Assembly: GCA_025357945.1 (NCBI GenBank)
Contig: JANYLJ010000074.1
Location: 28,332-92,331, forward strand
Direction of reading: 5' to 3'
Source: Gemmatimonadota bacterium
Lineage (GTDB): Bacteria > Gemmatimonadota > Gemmatimonadetes > Gemmatimonadales > GWC2-71-9
Length of the DNA stretch: 64,000 nt
Under the pieces are notes generated by a model that did no database searches, was not told where the DNA came from, and saw nothing but the letters and a program-made list of their open reading frames with translations. Positions 28,382 through 37,795 of the stretch are shown here, in pieces. Position 1 is the stretch's first letter; the number at the start of each line of letters is the position of its first letter. A program made the position numbers and the translations under genes.

Positions 28382-28738
28382 ATGCCAAGAGCCAGGGGCG
28401 TAGTCGCGCATCACGCGCGCAAGAAGAAGATCATGGAGGCGGGCAAGGGTGGTCGCGGCGCCCGCAGCAAGCTGTACAAGGCGACCAAGGAAAATGTCGA
28501 ACGCGGCATGGCGTACGCCTACCGTGATCGCAAGAAGAAGAAGGGTGACTTCCGTCGCCTCTGGATCACCCGCATCGGCGCGGCGGTCCGGCTGCACGAG
28601 CTCAGCTATTCCCGCTTCATGGCCGGCCTCAAGGCGGCGGGGATCGAGATCAACCGCAAGGTGCTCTCCGAGCTCGCCATTTCTGACGCGGCGGCGTTTG
28701 CGACCATCGTCGAGGTCGCCAAGGCGCACCAGGGCTGA
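28382..28738 (+). CDS. rplT: 50S ribosomal protein L20
   Basis: YRDRKKKKGDFRRLWITRIGAA and NRKVLSELA are typical L20. Confidence 0.95.
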   Translation: MPRARGVVAHHARKKKIMEAGKGGRGARSKLYKATKENVERGMAYAYRDRKKKKGDFRRLWITRIGAAVRLHELSYSRFMAGLKAAGIEINRKVLSELAISDAAAFATIVEVAKAHQG

Positions 28739-28763
28739 CCGAGTCCGTCCCGGGTATTTCATC

Positions 28764-28807
28764 GTGGGGTCGCCCGTCGCTGTACGGACGGCCCCACGCT
28801 CGTTTCT
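28764..28807 (+). terminator. Stem-loop plus short U-run between rplT and pheS
   Basis: GTGGGGTCGCCCGT/ACGGACGGCCCCAC forms a 14-position stem with one mismatch and one G-U around a 6-nt loop. It is followed by GCTCGTTTCTG. Confidence 0.45.
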
Positions 28808-28825
28808 GACTGCTGCGGAGCACCG

Positions 28826-29893
28826 GTGACCACACCCTCCGATCCCGCCTCGCTCGACGTCCTGCGTCAACGCCTCGCCGCGGTGGCGTCGCTCGATGCT
28901 GCCGCACTTGCCGCCGAAGAGATCGCGGTGCTCGGACGCAAGCAGGGCGAACTGACGCATCAGCTCAAGGCACTCGCGACCCTTGCCCTCGACGAGAAGC
29001 GCGCGCGCGGCGCCGCGCTGAACGCGCTCAAACTGGAGTTCGAAGCCGCCGTTGTGGCGCGTCGTGCCGAACTTGCCCACGCCGCGAGCGCCGCCGAAGC
29101 CCGCGACATCGACCTCACCATGCCGGGCCGCCAGCTGTGGGTCGGTACCCGGCACCCGGTCACGGTCGTGATCGACGAGATCGTCGCCATCTTCCGGGAA
29201 ATCGGCTTCGCCGTGGCCCTCGGCCCCGAGATCGAGAACGAAGAGCGCAATTTCGGGGCGCTGAACTTTCCGCCCGACCATCCCGCGCTCGACATGCACG
29301 ACACGTTGTACCTCGATCCCCGCGGCGCCGAGTGGCCGGTCGGCGAGCGCCTGCTGCTGCGCACGCACACGTCGCCCGTGCAGGTGCGCGTGATGCGCGC
29401 CGGGCCGCCGCCCTATCGTGTCGTGATTCCGGGGCTGGCGTATCGCAACGATCCGTTCGATGCGTCGCACGCACCGGCGTTCGCGCAGATCGAGGGGCTC
29501 GCCGTGGACGAGGGTGTCACGTTCGTGGACCTCAAGGCCACCTTGACGCACTTCGCCCGGCGCTTCTTCCGCCCTGACGTGAAGGTCCGCTTCCGGCCAT
29601 CCTTCTTCCCGTTCACGGAACCGTCGGCCGAGATGGACGTGTCGTGCGCCATCTGCGGGGGCATCGGGTGCGCCGCCTGCAAGGGAACCGGCTGGATGGA
29701 AATCCTTGGCGGCGGCATGGTGCACGAAAACGTCCTGCGCAATTGCGATGTGGACCCTGAGCGCTATACCGGTTTTGCGTTCGGGATGGGGCCGGCACGC
29801 ATGGCGATGCTGCGCTACGGACTCCCCGACATCCGCCTCTTGTACGGCGGTGACATGCGCTTCCTCAGCCAGTTCGGTGCGGCGGGACGATGA
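28826..29893 (+). CDS. pheS: Phenylalanine--tRNA ligase alpha subunit
   Basis: HPV..VIDEI..IF, LLRTHTSPVQVR and FRPSFFPFTEPSAEMDV are class II motifs. Confidence 0.95.
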   Translation: MTTPSDPASLDVLRQRLAAVASLDAAALAAEEIAVLGRKQGELTHQLKALATLALDEKRARGAALNALKLEFEAAVVARRAELAHAASAAEARDIDLTMPGRQLWVGTRHPVTVVIDEIVAIFREIGFAVALGPEIENEERNFGALNFPPDHPALDMHDTLYLDPRGAEWPVGERLLLRTHTSPVQVRVMRAGPPPYRVVIPGLAYRNDPFDASHAPAFAQIEGLAVDEGVTFVDLKATLTHFARRFFRPDVKVRFRPSFFPFTEPSAEMDVSCAICGGIGCAACKGTGWMEILGGGMVHENVLRNCDVDPERYTGFAFGMGPARMAMLRYGLPDIRLLYGGDMRFLSQFGAAGR

Positions 29894-32268
29894 ATGTCTC
29901 CCGGCAGTGGCTCGAGGCGTTCCTGCGGCGCCGGCTGGACAGCACCGACGTCGCCTGGCGTTTGGCGATGCTCGGTGCTCCGGTCGATGCGATTGAGCCG
30001 GTTGGTGTCGACCTCAGTGCGTTCGTCGTGGCGGTGGTGCTCGAGGTGCGCCAGCATCCCGACGCGGACAAGCTCCGGGTAACCCTGGTGGATGACGGAA
30101 GTGGCACGATCTCCAACGTGGTGTGCGGCGCGCCGAACGTGAAAGCCGGCGCGAAGTACCCCTTCGCGCGTCTCGGTACCGTGATGCCGAATGGCATGAA
30201 GATCGAGCGACGCACGCTGCGTGGCGAAGTCTCGGACGGCATGCTCTGTTCCGCGCGCGAGCTCGGGCTCGGCGAGGATCACGACGGGCTGCTCACGCTC
30301 GAGACGGACGCGGCTCCCGGCGCGCCACTCACCGACGTGATTGACGGCGGGGACGAGCGACTGATCGTCGATGTCACGCCGAACCGCGCTGACCTGCTCG
30401 GGCACAAGGGGATCGCCCGTGAGCTTGCGGCATCGCTCGGCGTGCCCTATCGCCTGCCCGACATCGCCGGCGAGGCGGCGCTGGACCTGCCGACGCCGGC
30501 GCGGTTTGGCGACGAAGCTCCGGTCGGCGGAATTCGGCTCGCGATCGACGATCGCGACGGCTGCCCGCGCTTCCTCGCCGGCGTGATCCGCGGCGTCCGC
30601 ATCGGCGCGTCGCCGGAATGGTTGCAGCGCCGTCTCGCGGCTGTGGGCGTGCGTGCGATCAATAACGTCGTCGACGCGACCAACTACGTCATGTTCGAAC
30701 TGAACCAGCCGATGCACGCCTACGACGCCGCAACGCTGCGCGGATCCGCGATCGTCGTGCGCGCCGCGCGAGGCGGTGAACGGATCACCACGCTCGATGG
30801 TATCGACCGGGCGATTCCGCCGGGCACGCTGGTGATCGCCGATGCAGATCGCCCCATCGGTGTCGCGGGCGTGATGGGTGGCCGCGCGACCGAAGTGACG
30901 AACACGACCAGCGATATCCTGCTCGAATGCGCGGCGTTCGATCCGGTGCGGGTGCGCCGTGCCCGTCGCGCGCTCGGTCTCTCGACCGACGCATCGCACC
31001 GCTTCGAGCGCGGCACCGATCGATGGGGCGCCGTCGACGCCTTCCGTCGCTGCATTCGCCTGATTGTGACAGTCGCCGGCGGCGCGTTGGACGGTCCCGC
31101 TGTCGATTGTTTTCCGGCACCGACACATCCGCCGCGCATCTTCCTCCGCCCCAGCCGCGTGGCACAAGTGCTCGGCGTCGACCTGTCGTGGTCGACGATC
31201 GAGAATCAGCTCGTCGCGATCGGCGCCACGATCGTCAGCAAGCCGGATGACGGACGCATCGCCGTGGATGTGCCGGGGTGGCGTCCCGATATCACCAGCG
31301 AGATCGATCTGATCGAAGAAGTCGCCCGCCTCTATGGCTATGACCGACTGCCAACCGATCTCGGAGCCTTCCGCCCCGGGCTCCGCGAGGACGACCCGGC
31401 GTGGGGGGTGATGGAACGGATCCGGCTGGCACTCGCCGGTCACGGGCTCTCTGAGGTGGTCACCCTCCCGATGGTGGCGGCGGCGGGTGCCGGGGCACCC
31501 AAGGTGCTGAACCCACTCTCGGCCGAGCATCGAGTGCTCCGCGATGCGCTGCTGCCATCGCTGGTGCACCAGGTCGAAGCCAATTGGGCAATGCAGACGG
31601 CCGACGTTCGGCTCTTCGAGGTGGGGGCGGTCTTCAACCTTGCAGCCAACGACGGCGTGCCGACGGAGACGTTGCGCGCCGGGTTTGTCGTGACTGGGTC
31701 GCGGGCGCCGGCGCATTGGACCGACGGTGGTACCGCCCGGGCCTGGGACCGTTGGGACGCGCTGGGGCTGTTCCGACGACTGATTGATCTGGCGCATCCT
31801 GCGGCGACGATCCAAGTTGAAGCGGGCGAGTGGATCGCTCGGGACGCCGCGGGCGCCATGGCCGGTCGGTGCGGTAGTTGTCTGGCTGATGCACCGCCGT
31901 GGGCCAGCGCGGTGTTCGGCGGTGAGATCACGGTCGTGTTCGACGGGATGCCGACGCCGGCGTTCAGGCCGTTGCCGGTGTATCCCGCGGTGACCCGCGA
32001 CCTGGCATTGTTGGTGAAGGTGGACCAGACGTCGGCTGTTGTGACGCAGCTGTTGACCGATCGCGGCGCGCGGCACGGGCTCGAGTCGGTGTCGGTGATC
32101 GATGAGTACCGCGGCAAGGCACTTGCGGCGGGAACGCGCAGCATCGCTGTCCGGCTGGTGTTTCGATCGGCAGAGCGGACGCTGACTGATCCTGAGGTAG
32201 AGCAGGCGATTGCGCGCCTGCGCACGTCGCTGGAGCGCGAGCTTGACGTCACCATACGTTCGACCTGA
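29890..32268 (+). CDS. pheT: Phenylalanine--tRNA ligase beta subunit
   Basis: It has a tRNA-binding domain (HPDADKLRV..VD), B3/4 and B5 domains, and a C-terminal FDX-ACB region (IDEYRGK). The ATGA overlaps pheS. Confidence 0.95.
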   Translation: MNVSRQWLEAFLRRRLDSTDVAWRLAMLGAPVDAIEPVGVDLSAFVVAVVLEVRQHPDADKLRVTLVDDGSGTISNVVCGAPNVKAGAKYPFARLGTVMPNGMKIERRTLRGEVSDGMLCSARELGLGEDHDGLLTLETDAAPGAPLTDVIDGGDERLIVDVTPNRADLLGHKGIARELAASLGVPYRLPDIAGEAALDLPTPARFGDEAPVGGIRLAIDDRDGCPRFLAGVIRGVRIGASPEWLQRRLAAVGVRAINNVVDATNYVMFELNQPMHAYDAATLRGSAIVVRAARGGERITTLDGIDRAIPPGTLVIADADRPIGVAGVMGGRATEVTNTTSDILLECAAFDPVRVRRARRALGLSTDASHRFERGTDRWGAVDAFRRCIRLIVTVAGGALDGPAVDCFPAPTHPPRIFLRPSRVAQVLGVDLSWSTIENQLVAIGATIVSKPDDGRIAVDVPGWRPDITSEIDLIEEVARLYGYDRLPTDLGAFRPGLREDDPAWGVMERIRLALAGHGLSEVVTLPMVAAAGAGAPKVLNPLSAEHRVLRDALLPSLVHQVEANWAMQTADVRLFEVGAVFNLAANDGVPTETLRAGFVVTGSRAPAHWTDGGTARAWDRWDALGLFRRLIDLAHPAATIQVEAGEWIARDAAGAMAGRCGSCLADAPPWASAVFGGEITVVFDGMPTPAFRPLPVYPAVTRDLALLVKVDQTSAVVTQLLTDRGARHGLESVSVIDEYRGKALAAGTRSIAVRLVFRSAERTLTDPEVEQAIARLRTSLERELDVTIRST

Positions 32269-32557
32269 TCAGATTGCGCTTGCCGAACTCGAGCGATTGC
32301 TCGGGCACCTGACCGACGAATTGTCGGCCTGGCGGCGTCGCTGTCAGAAGGCCGAAACCGCGCTTCAGGCGCTCAAGGAGCCTGGCGGCATGGTCCCGGG
32401 TGACGACGTGGCCCGGACGCGCCGCCGGATGCTCGACCTGGAGCGGGAGAACCTCGACCTGCGGGTACGCGTGGACCGCGCGCGCGAGATGGTGCAGCGG
32501 CTGCAACAGCGACTCGATTTCCTCGAAGACGCACAGCCGTTGGAGGCGGGGCGGTGA
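32210..32557 (+). CDS. Small coiled-coil protein of unknown function (possible ZapB-like partner of ZapA)
   Basis: The sequence is heptad-rich (LERLLGHLTDELSAWRRRCQKAETALQALKE...LDLERENLDLRVRVDRAREMVQRLQQRLDFLE). The stop overlaps the zapA start (GTGA). The tracked ATG overlaps pheT by 59 nt, so a TTG at 32297 is an alternative start. Confidence 0.5.
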   Translation: MRACARRWSASLTSPYVRPDQIALAELERLLGHLTDELSAWRRRCQKAETALQALKEPGGMVPGDDVARTRRRMLDLERENLDLRVRVDRAREMVQRLQQRLDFLEDAQPLEAGR

Positions 32558-32859
32558 ATACCCCGCCGAAGCACTCGGTCCGCGTCCAGGTGGGCGGCGA
32601 GGAGCTGCCGCTGCGCACCGAGTTGCCGCCCGAGTACGCCCGCGAGGTTGCGGCGCATTTCGACAGCGCGCTGCGGCAGATCCGGGCGGCGTCACCGTCG
32701 CTCGAGGCCTACAAGGCGGCGATCCTGGCCGGGCTCGCGGTGACCGATGAACTCTTCCGCAATCGCCGGACCGACAGCGAACTCGCCGGGCGTATCACGG
32801 CGATGACGGATGAGATTGCCCGGGTGCTGCCGCTGACGAAGCGCACGACGAAGGCATGA
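32554..32859 (+). CDS. zapA: Cell division protein ZapA
   Basis: VRVQVGGEELPLRT....YAREVAAHFDSALRQI and ILAGLAVTDELF fit the ZapA fold pattern, and the size is about 100 aa. Confidence 0.8.
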   Translation: MNTPPKHSVRVQVGGEELPLRTELPPEYAREVAAHFDSALRQIRAASPSLEAYKAAILAGLAVTDELFRNRRTDSELAGRITAMTDEIARVLPLTKRTTKA

Positions 32860-32886
32860 GGGGCACGACGTAAACACTTTGTGGCC

Positions 32887-32951
32887 GTCATCCCGGGCCC
32901 AGCGAGGGATCACCTCGATGCCGAACGATCCTTCCCTTTGCTCGGGACGAC
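32887..32951. repeat. REP-like paired hairpin element (two inverted ~26-nt units, 15-nt spacer)
   Basis: GTCATCCCGGGCCCAGCGAGGGATC is followed by 15 nt and then GATCCTTCCCTTTGCTCGGGACGAC, which is the reverse complement of GTCGTCCCGAGCAAAGGGAAGGATC. It starts 27 nt after the zapA stop. Confidence 0.75.
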
Positions 32952-32964
32952 CGCTTGGAGATAG

Positions 32965-34581
32965 ATGATGGATGTCATGCTCGTGGTCGCCATCGCCGGC
33001 GGCGTAGTGGTTGGTGCGATCGCAGGAATCCTCGTTTGGAACAGCATCCTCTCCGCGAACAAGCGATCCGCCAAGGCCATTGTCGCGACGGCGGGGCAAC
33101 AGGCCGCCGACCTGCGCACCGGGGCGGACCGATACGCCGCTGACACGCGCAGTACCGCCGACCGCCAGGTGGGTGTGGAGCGCGAACGCCAGCTCGTCGC
33201 CGCGCGTGAAGACGCACTCGGCATCAAGGAAGCAGCAGTCAAGGAGGCGTCGCGTCGTCGCGACGAAATCGACCAGGCGGAGCGGCGACTCGCCAACCGC
33301 GAGGCCGGCGTCGGCGAGCTGCAGGAGCGGATTCGCGCCGACGAGCGCGGACTCGACCAACGTCGGTCCGAACTCGCGAAACAGGACGCTGCCGGCGTGG
33401 CACTCCACGAGGCACTGCAGCGCGGGCACAAGGAACTCCAGGGCAACCTCGAGCGCATCGCGGTAATGACGGCCGAGGAGGCCGCCCGCGAAATCCGCCA
33501 GCAGGTGGAAGATGAGGCACGTACGCAGGCCGCCGCAGGGGCCCGTGACATCAAGGAAAAGGCGCGCCGGGATGCGGAGAAGGACGCGCGCCGGATCATC
33601 TCGATGGCGACGCAGCGGTTGGCCGCTGAACACACCGCCGAGACGACGGTCGCGACCGTTGCATTGCCGAGCGACGAGATGAAGGGGCGGATCATCGGTC
33701 GCGAAGGGCGAAATATCCGCGCGTTTGAACTGGCGACCGGTGTGGACGTGATCATCGATGACACTCCCGATTCGGTTGGCATTTCCTGTTTCGACCCGAT
33801 TCGCCGCGAAGTGGCACGCCGCGCCCTCGAAGCGCTGATCGCGGACGGCCGGATTCATCCCGGTCGTGTCGAGGAACTGGTGACGAAGACGCGGGCTGAG
33901 CTGGACAAACAACTGGTCGAGCTCGGCGAGCAGGCCGCCTACGAACTCGGCGTGCACGGACTGCATGGGGAGGTGATTCGGCTGATCGGGCGGATGCGGT
34001 ACCGGACGTCGTACGGCCAGAACCTCTACGAGCACTCGAAGGAAGTGTCATGGATCGCCGGCATGATGGCGGCGGAGCTGCATCTGGACGTGATGCTCGC
34101 CCGGCGTGGCGGTCTCCTCCACGATATCGGCAAGGTGCTCACGCACGACCATGAAGGGACCCACGTACAGCTGGGCGTCGAGGTCTGCCGCAAGTACGGC
34201 GAATCGGCGCCGGTGATCAACTGCATCGAGGCGCACCACGATGACGTGCCGCACGACAGCTCCGAGTCCGTTCTCGTGCAGGCATCAGATGCCATCAGTG
34301 GATCGCGCCCCGGGGCGCGTCGCGAGGCGTTTGAGAGCTACATGAAACGCCTGACCAAGCTCGAGGAGATCGCGTCAGGATACCCGGGTGTCGAGAAGAC
34401 GACGGTGATTCAGGCAGGCCGCGAAGTGCGCGTCATTGTGAAGCCGGAACAGATCACCGACGCTGCCGCGCAGACACTCTCCGAGACGATCGCGCGCCGG
34501 ATCGAGAGCGAATTGCAGTATCCTGGCCAAATCCGGGTGACCGTGATCCGGGAGACGCGCGCTTCGGACATCGCCAAGTGA
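32965..34581 (+). CDS. rny: Ribonuclease Y
   Basis: It has an N-terminal TM helix ([22 protein letters not shown]), a coiled coil, a KH domain ([15 protein letters not shown]) and an HD domain (LLHDIGK...EAHH). Confidence 0.95.
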   Translation: MMDVMLVVAIAGGVVVGAIAGILVWNSILSANKRSAKAIVATAGQQAADLRTGADRYAADTRSTADRQVGVERERQLVAAREDALGIKEAAVKEASRRRDEIDQAERRLANREAGVGELQERIRADERGLDQRRSELAKQDAAGVALHEALQRGHKELQGNLERIAVMTAEEAAREIRQQVEDEARTQAAAGARDIKEKARRDAEKDARRIISMATQRLAAEHTAETTVATVALPSDEMKGRIIGREGRNIRAFELATGVDVIIDDTPDSVGISCFDPIRREVARRALEALIADGRIHPGRVEELVTKTRAELDKQLVELGEQAAYELGVHGLHGEVIRLIGRMRYRTSYGQNLYEHSKEVSWIAGMMAAELHLDVMLARRGGLLHDIGKVLTHDHEGTHVQLGVEVCRKYGESAPVINCIEAHHDDVPHDSSESVLVQASDAISGSRPGARREAFESYMKRLTKLEEIASGYPGVEKTTVIQAGREVRVIVKPEQITDAAAQTLSETIARRIESELQYPGQIRVTVIRETRASDIAK

Positions 34582-35468
34582 GCGCTCGGCTCATCGACGG
34601 CGCGGCGATCGGCGCCGAGATTCGCGCTGAAGTGGCGGCCCAGGTGGCGCTGCTCACTGCGCAGGGGATCGTACCGAGCCTCGCCGTCGTGCTCGTGGGC
34701 GAGGATCCGCCGTCGCAGATTTACGTGCGGTCCAAGGCGAAGGCGTGTATTGCAGCCGGGATGCATTCCGAAGTGATCACGCTGCCGGCCGACACGCCCG
34801 GGGCGGAGTTGGCGTCCGTGATCGACCGGCTGAACGCGGATCCGCGCGTCCACGGGATCCTCTGCCAACTGCCGCTACCGCCGCAGATGCACGACGATGC
34901 GATCCTTCGTCGCATCGATCCGGCCAAGGACGTCGATGGGTTCCATCCGGTCAACGTTGGCAAGCTGGTCCTCGGTGATCCCAGCGGCTTCAAGCCGGCG
35001 ACACCCTACGGCATCCAGCAGCTGCTGATGCGGTCCGGCATCGAACCCCGTGGCGCCCACGTCGTGATCGTCGGCCGCTCCAACCTCGTCGGCCGGCCGC
35101 TCGCGAACCTCCTGTCGCTCCCCGGCGCGGGCGGTGACGCGACGGTGACGGTCGCCCACTCGCGCACGCACGATCTCGCCGCAATGTGCCGTACCGCCGA
35201 CATCCTGGTCGTCGCCATTGGGCGCGCCGAGTTCATCAAGGCAGCGGCGGTCAAGCCGGGCGCGACGGTCATCGACGTGGGGACAACGCGCGTCAACGAT
35301 GCGACCCGGCCGCGTGGCTATCGACTAGCCGGCGACGTCGCGTTCGACGAGGTGCGCGAGGTCGCTGGCGCGATCACGCCGGTCCCCGGCGGCGTCGGGC
35401 CGATGACGATCGCGATGCTGCTGGTGAACACGTTGCAGTCAGCGTCCGCCCAACGGGCAGGGCGATGA
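34578..35468 (+). CDS. folD: Bifunctional methylenetetrahydrofolate dehydrogenase/cyclohydrolase FolD
   Basis: [38 protein letters not shown] and [11 protein letters not shown] identify it. Confidence 0.95.
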   Translation: MSARLIDGAAIGAEIRAEVAAQVALLTAQGIVPSLAVVLVGEDPPSQIYVRSKAKACIAAGMHSEVITLPADTPGAELASVIDRLNADPRVHGILCQLPLPPQMHDDAILRRIDPAKDVDGFHPVNVGKLVLGDPSGFKPATPYGIQQLLMRSGIEPRGAHVVIVGRSNLVGRPLANLLSLPGAGGDATVTVAHSRTHDLAAMCRTADILVVAIGRAEFIKAAAVKPGATVIDVGTTRVNDATRPRGYRLAGDVAFDEVREVAGAITPVPGGVGPMTIAMLLVNTLQSASAQRAGR

Positions 35469-36658
35469 CAGCCCTCGACGAGGCGTGGACGGTCTCGCGC
35501 CTGGCGCGAATGATCAAGGGCCGGGTCGAGGACGGCGCGGAACCGGTGTGGGTTCGCGGCGAGCTCGTCGGCATCAAGCGCTATCCCAGTGGGCACCTCT
35601 ACTTCGGCCTGCGCGACGCTACATCCAAGGTCGACTGCACCATCTGGCGCGGCGTGGCCTCCCGACTTCGTACCGAGCTGATCGAGGGGGCCGAGGTCTT
35701 CGCGCTCGGCATGGCGAGCGTGTGGGAAGAGCGGACGTCGTTGCGCTTTACCGTGACACAGGTCCTTCCCGCGGCGGCGGTCGGCGCCCAGGCACAGTCC
35801 GTGGAGCGGATCAAGCAGGCGCTACTCGCGGACGGATTGCTCGATCCCGCCCGCAAGCGCCCGCTGCCGGCGTTCGCGGCGCGCGTGGTGGTGATCACGT
35901 CGGTGGCGGGCGCGGTGGTGCACGACATCATCACCGTGGCTCGCCGCCGGTGGCCTTCGGTCGAGCTGCTGGTCGTGAACAGTGCCGTGCAAGGCGAGAC
36001 GGCACCGGCGGAACTCGTTCGCGCGCTTCATATCGTGTCGCGGCTTGACGCGATCGATTGTTGCATCATCGGACGCGGCGGCGGCGGCAAGGACGACCTC
36101 GCGGCGTTCAACGACGAAGCGGTCTGTCGTGCGATCGCGGCATCACCCGTCCCGGTGATCAGCGCGGTCGGTCACGAAGTTGACGTCACGCTGGCGGACC
36201 TCGTTGCCGACGTGCGTGCCGCCACGCCGTCGCAGGCGGCGGAGTTCGCCCTGCCGGATCGGCACGACGTGGCCGTCCGCGTCGCGGGCCTCCACACCGC
36301 TCTCAATCGAGCCCTCCGGAACCTGGTAACGGCCCGCCGGGCACGGATGGATCGCACCCGGGACCGCATCGGCGCTGCCTTGCTCGATCAGCTTCGTCGG
36401 TCCGAACGCCGCCTGCTCACGGTGCAGGCACGCCTCGCCCCGGCGCTCTCGCGGGCGGTCGACACCCGCCGGAGCAAGCTCGCCCGGCTGACTGCTCAAC
36501 TGCACGCACTCTCGCCGGTGGCGGTGCTCGGACGCGGCTACTCGCTCGCGCGCGCGGGCGATGGCAGGCTCCTGCGACAGGTGGCCGACCTTCCGGCGGG
36601 CACCGCATTCACACTTACTGTCGCGGACGGTGCCGTCGCCGCGCGGGTGGAGGATTGA
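35465..36658 (+). CDS. xseA: Exodeoxyribonuclease VII large subunit
   Basis: It has an OB-fold N-terminus (VWVRGELVGIKRYPSGHLYFGLRD), IGRGGGGKDDLAAFN and SAVGHEVD. The ATG at 35465 overlaps the folD stop (ATGA). The tracked ORF starts at 35186. Confidence 0.92.
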   Translation: MTALDEAWTVSRLARMIKGRVEDGAEPVWVRGELVGIKRYPSGHLYFGLRDATSKVDCTIWRGVASRLRTELIEGAEVFALGMASVWEERTSLRFTVTQVLPAAAVGAQAQSVERIKQALLADGLLDPARKRPLPAFAARVVVITSVAGAVVHDIITVARRRWPSVELLVVNSAVQGETAPAELVRALHIVSRLDAIDCCIIGRGGGGKDDLAAFNDEAVCRAIAASPVPVISAVGHEVDVTLADLVADVRAATPSQAAEFALPDRHDVAVRVAGLHTALNRALRNLVTARRARMDRTRDRIGAALLDQLRRSERRLLTVQARLAPALSRAVDTRRSKLARLTAQLHALSPVAVLGRGYSLARAGDGRLLRQVADLPAGTAFTLTVADGAVAARVED

Positions 36659-36891
36659 TGGCGAATGCACCGACATTGGGCGACGATCTCCAGCGGCTCG
36701 AGGAAATCGTCCGGCGACTCGAGGACGAAACACTCGAGCTCGAGACGGCCCTGCAACTTTTCGAAGAGGGCGTCGGCCGGCTCAAGGCGGCGCAGGCGCG
36801 CCTGACCGAAGCGGAGACGCGGGTGCGGCAGGTACTCGACGATTCGGCCACCGGCGACGGCCCGCTCCGCATTGAGCCGCTCGGTGGCTGA
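36655..36891 (+). CDS. xseB: Exodeoxyribonuclease VII small subunit
   Basis: It is 78 aa with LEEIVRRLEDE.LELE.AL.LFEEG..L. Confidence 0.9.
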   Translation: MMANAPTLGDDLQRLEEIVRRLEDETLELETALQLFEEGVGRLKAAQARLTEAETRVRQVLDDSATGDGPLRIEPLGG

Positions 36892-37795
36892 CACCGCGGC
36901 GGGCGACGCCGTCGCCCTGCTCGCGGAAGCCCGTCAGGTCGTTGATGCTGAGCTCGACCGTTGCGCCGAGCGACTGGCTGCGGACGTACCCGGGCCACTC
37001 GGCGACGCCCTCGCCTACGCCTTGCGGAGCCCTGGCAAGCGGGTCCGACCGGCGCTCGTCCTGGCGGCCTACCGTGCGGCGGGCGGGCGATCCGACGCGA
37101 TTGCCGGGATCGCCACCGCCGTCGAAGTCGTGCACACCTATTCCCTGGTGCACGACGACCTCCCCTGCATGGACGACGACGACATGCGCCGGGGGCGTCC
37201 GACGACGCATCGCGCCTTCGATATCCCGACCGCAACCCGGGTCGGCTACTTGTTGGTGCCGGTCGCGGGTGAAGAGCTGGCGCGGGCTGCCGCCGCCCTT
37301 GGCCTGGGCGCCGAACCCACCGGCGCGCTGGCGGTCGAGCTGTTCGAGGCCGGCGGGATCCGGGGCATGGTCGGCGGCCAGTGGCTTGATCTGGAGGCCG
37401 AGCGGCGTGGCTTGACGCTGCCGGAACTGACCGCCGTGCACCGCGGCAAGACCGGCGCCCTGATTCGCGCGGCCGTCGTCCTCGGCGGTATCGCGGCCGG
37501 CGCCGAGCCAGGGGTGTCGCGTGCGCTGCGCGGCTACGGCGAGGAAATCGGGCTCGCGTTTCAGGTCGCCGATGACGTGCTCGACGCGACCGGTACCTCC
37601 GAGGAACTCGGCAAGCCCGCCGGTCGCGACGCCGCCCTGGCCAAGTCGACGTACGTCAGCGTTCTTGGTGTCGCGGCGGCCCGCGCTGAGGCGGTCCGGC
37701 ACCAGCAGCGCGCCGTGGCCGAACTGGCCGACGTTCCACTGGTGAGCGAGTCGTTGGTGGCGCTGGCCCGGTATATTGTGACGCGACCGTCATGA
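36872..37795 (+). CDS. ispA: Polyprenyl diphosphate synthase (farnesyl/geranylgeranyl diphosphate synthase)
   Basis: It has FARM (HTYSLVHDDLPCMDDDDMRRG), SARM (FQVADDVLD) and GKTGALI. Its position between xseB and dxs is the usual one. Confidence 0.85.
   Translation: MSRSVADTAAGDAVALLAEARQVVDAELDRCAERLAADVPGPLGDALAYALRSPGKRVRPALVLAAYRAAGGRSDAIAGIATAVEVVHTYSLVHDDLPCMDDDDMRRGRPTTHRAFDIPTATRVGYLLVPVAGEELARAAAALGLGAEPTGALAVELFEAGGIRGMVGGQWLDLEAERRGLTLPELTAVHRGKTGALIRAAVVLGGIAAGAEPGVSRALRGYGEEIGLAFQVADDVLDATGTSEELGKPAGRDAALAKSTYVSVLGVAAARAEAVRHQQRAVAELADVPLVSESLVALARYIVTRPS

Noticed and set aside
28739-28825. A T-box riboswitch or a pheM-type leader peptide upstream of pheS.
   Set aside because: An 87-nt gap is far too short for a T-box. 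No ATG-initiated Phe-rich mini-ORF is present.
29815-32076. A 753-aa ORF antisense to pheS/pheT.
   Set aside because: It is Arg/Ala/Pro-rich with low complexity and lies fully inside strongly supported plus-strand genes. This is the typical shadow ORF of GC-rich DNA.
32860-32964. A possible 6S RNA (ssrS) downstream of zapA, as in E. coli.
   Set aside because: The gap is only 105 nt and is mostly filled by the REP-like pair, so it is too short for a 6S RNA of about 180 nt.
35186-35464. An extension upstream of xseA.
   Set aside because: It overlaps the folD 3' end and is Arg-rich. The XseA OB-fold N-terminus starts at ATG 35465.
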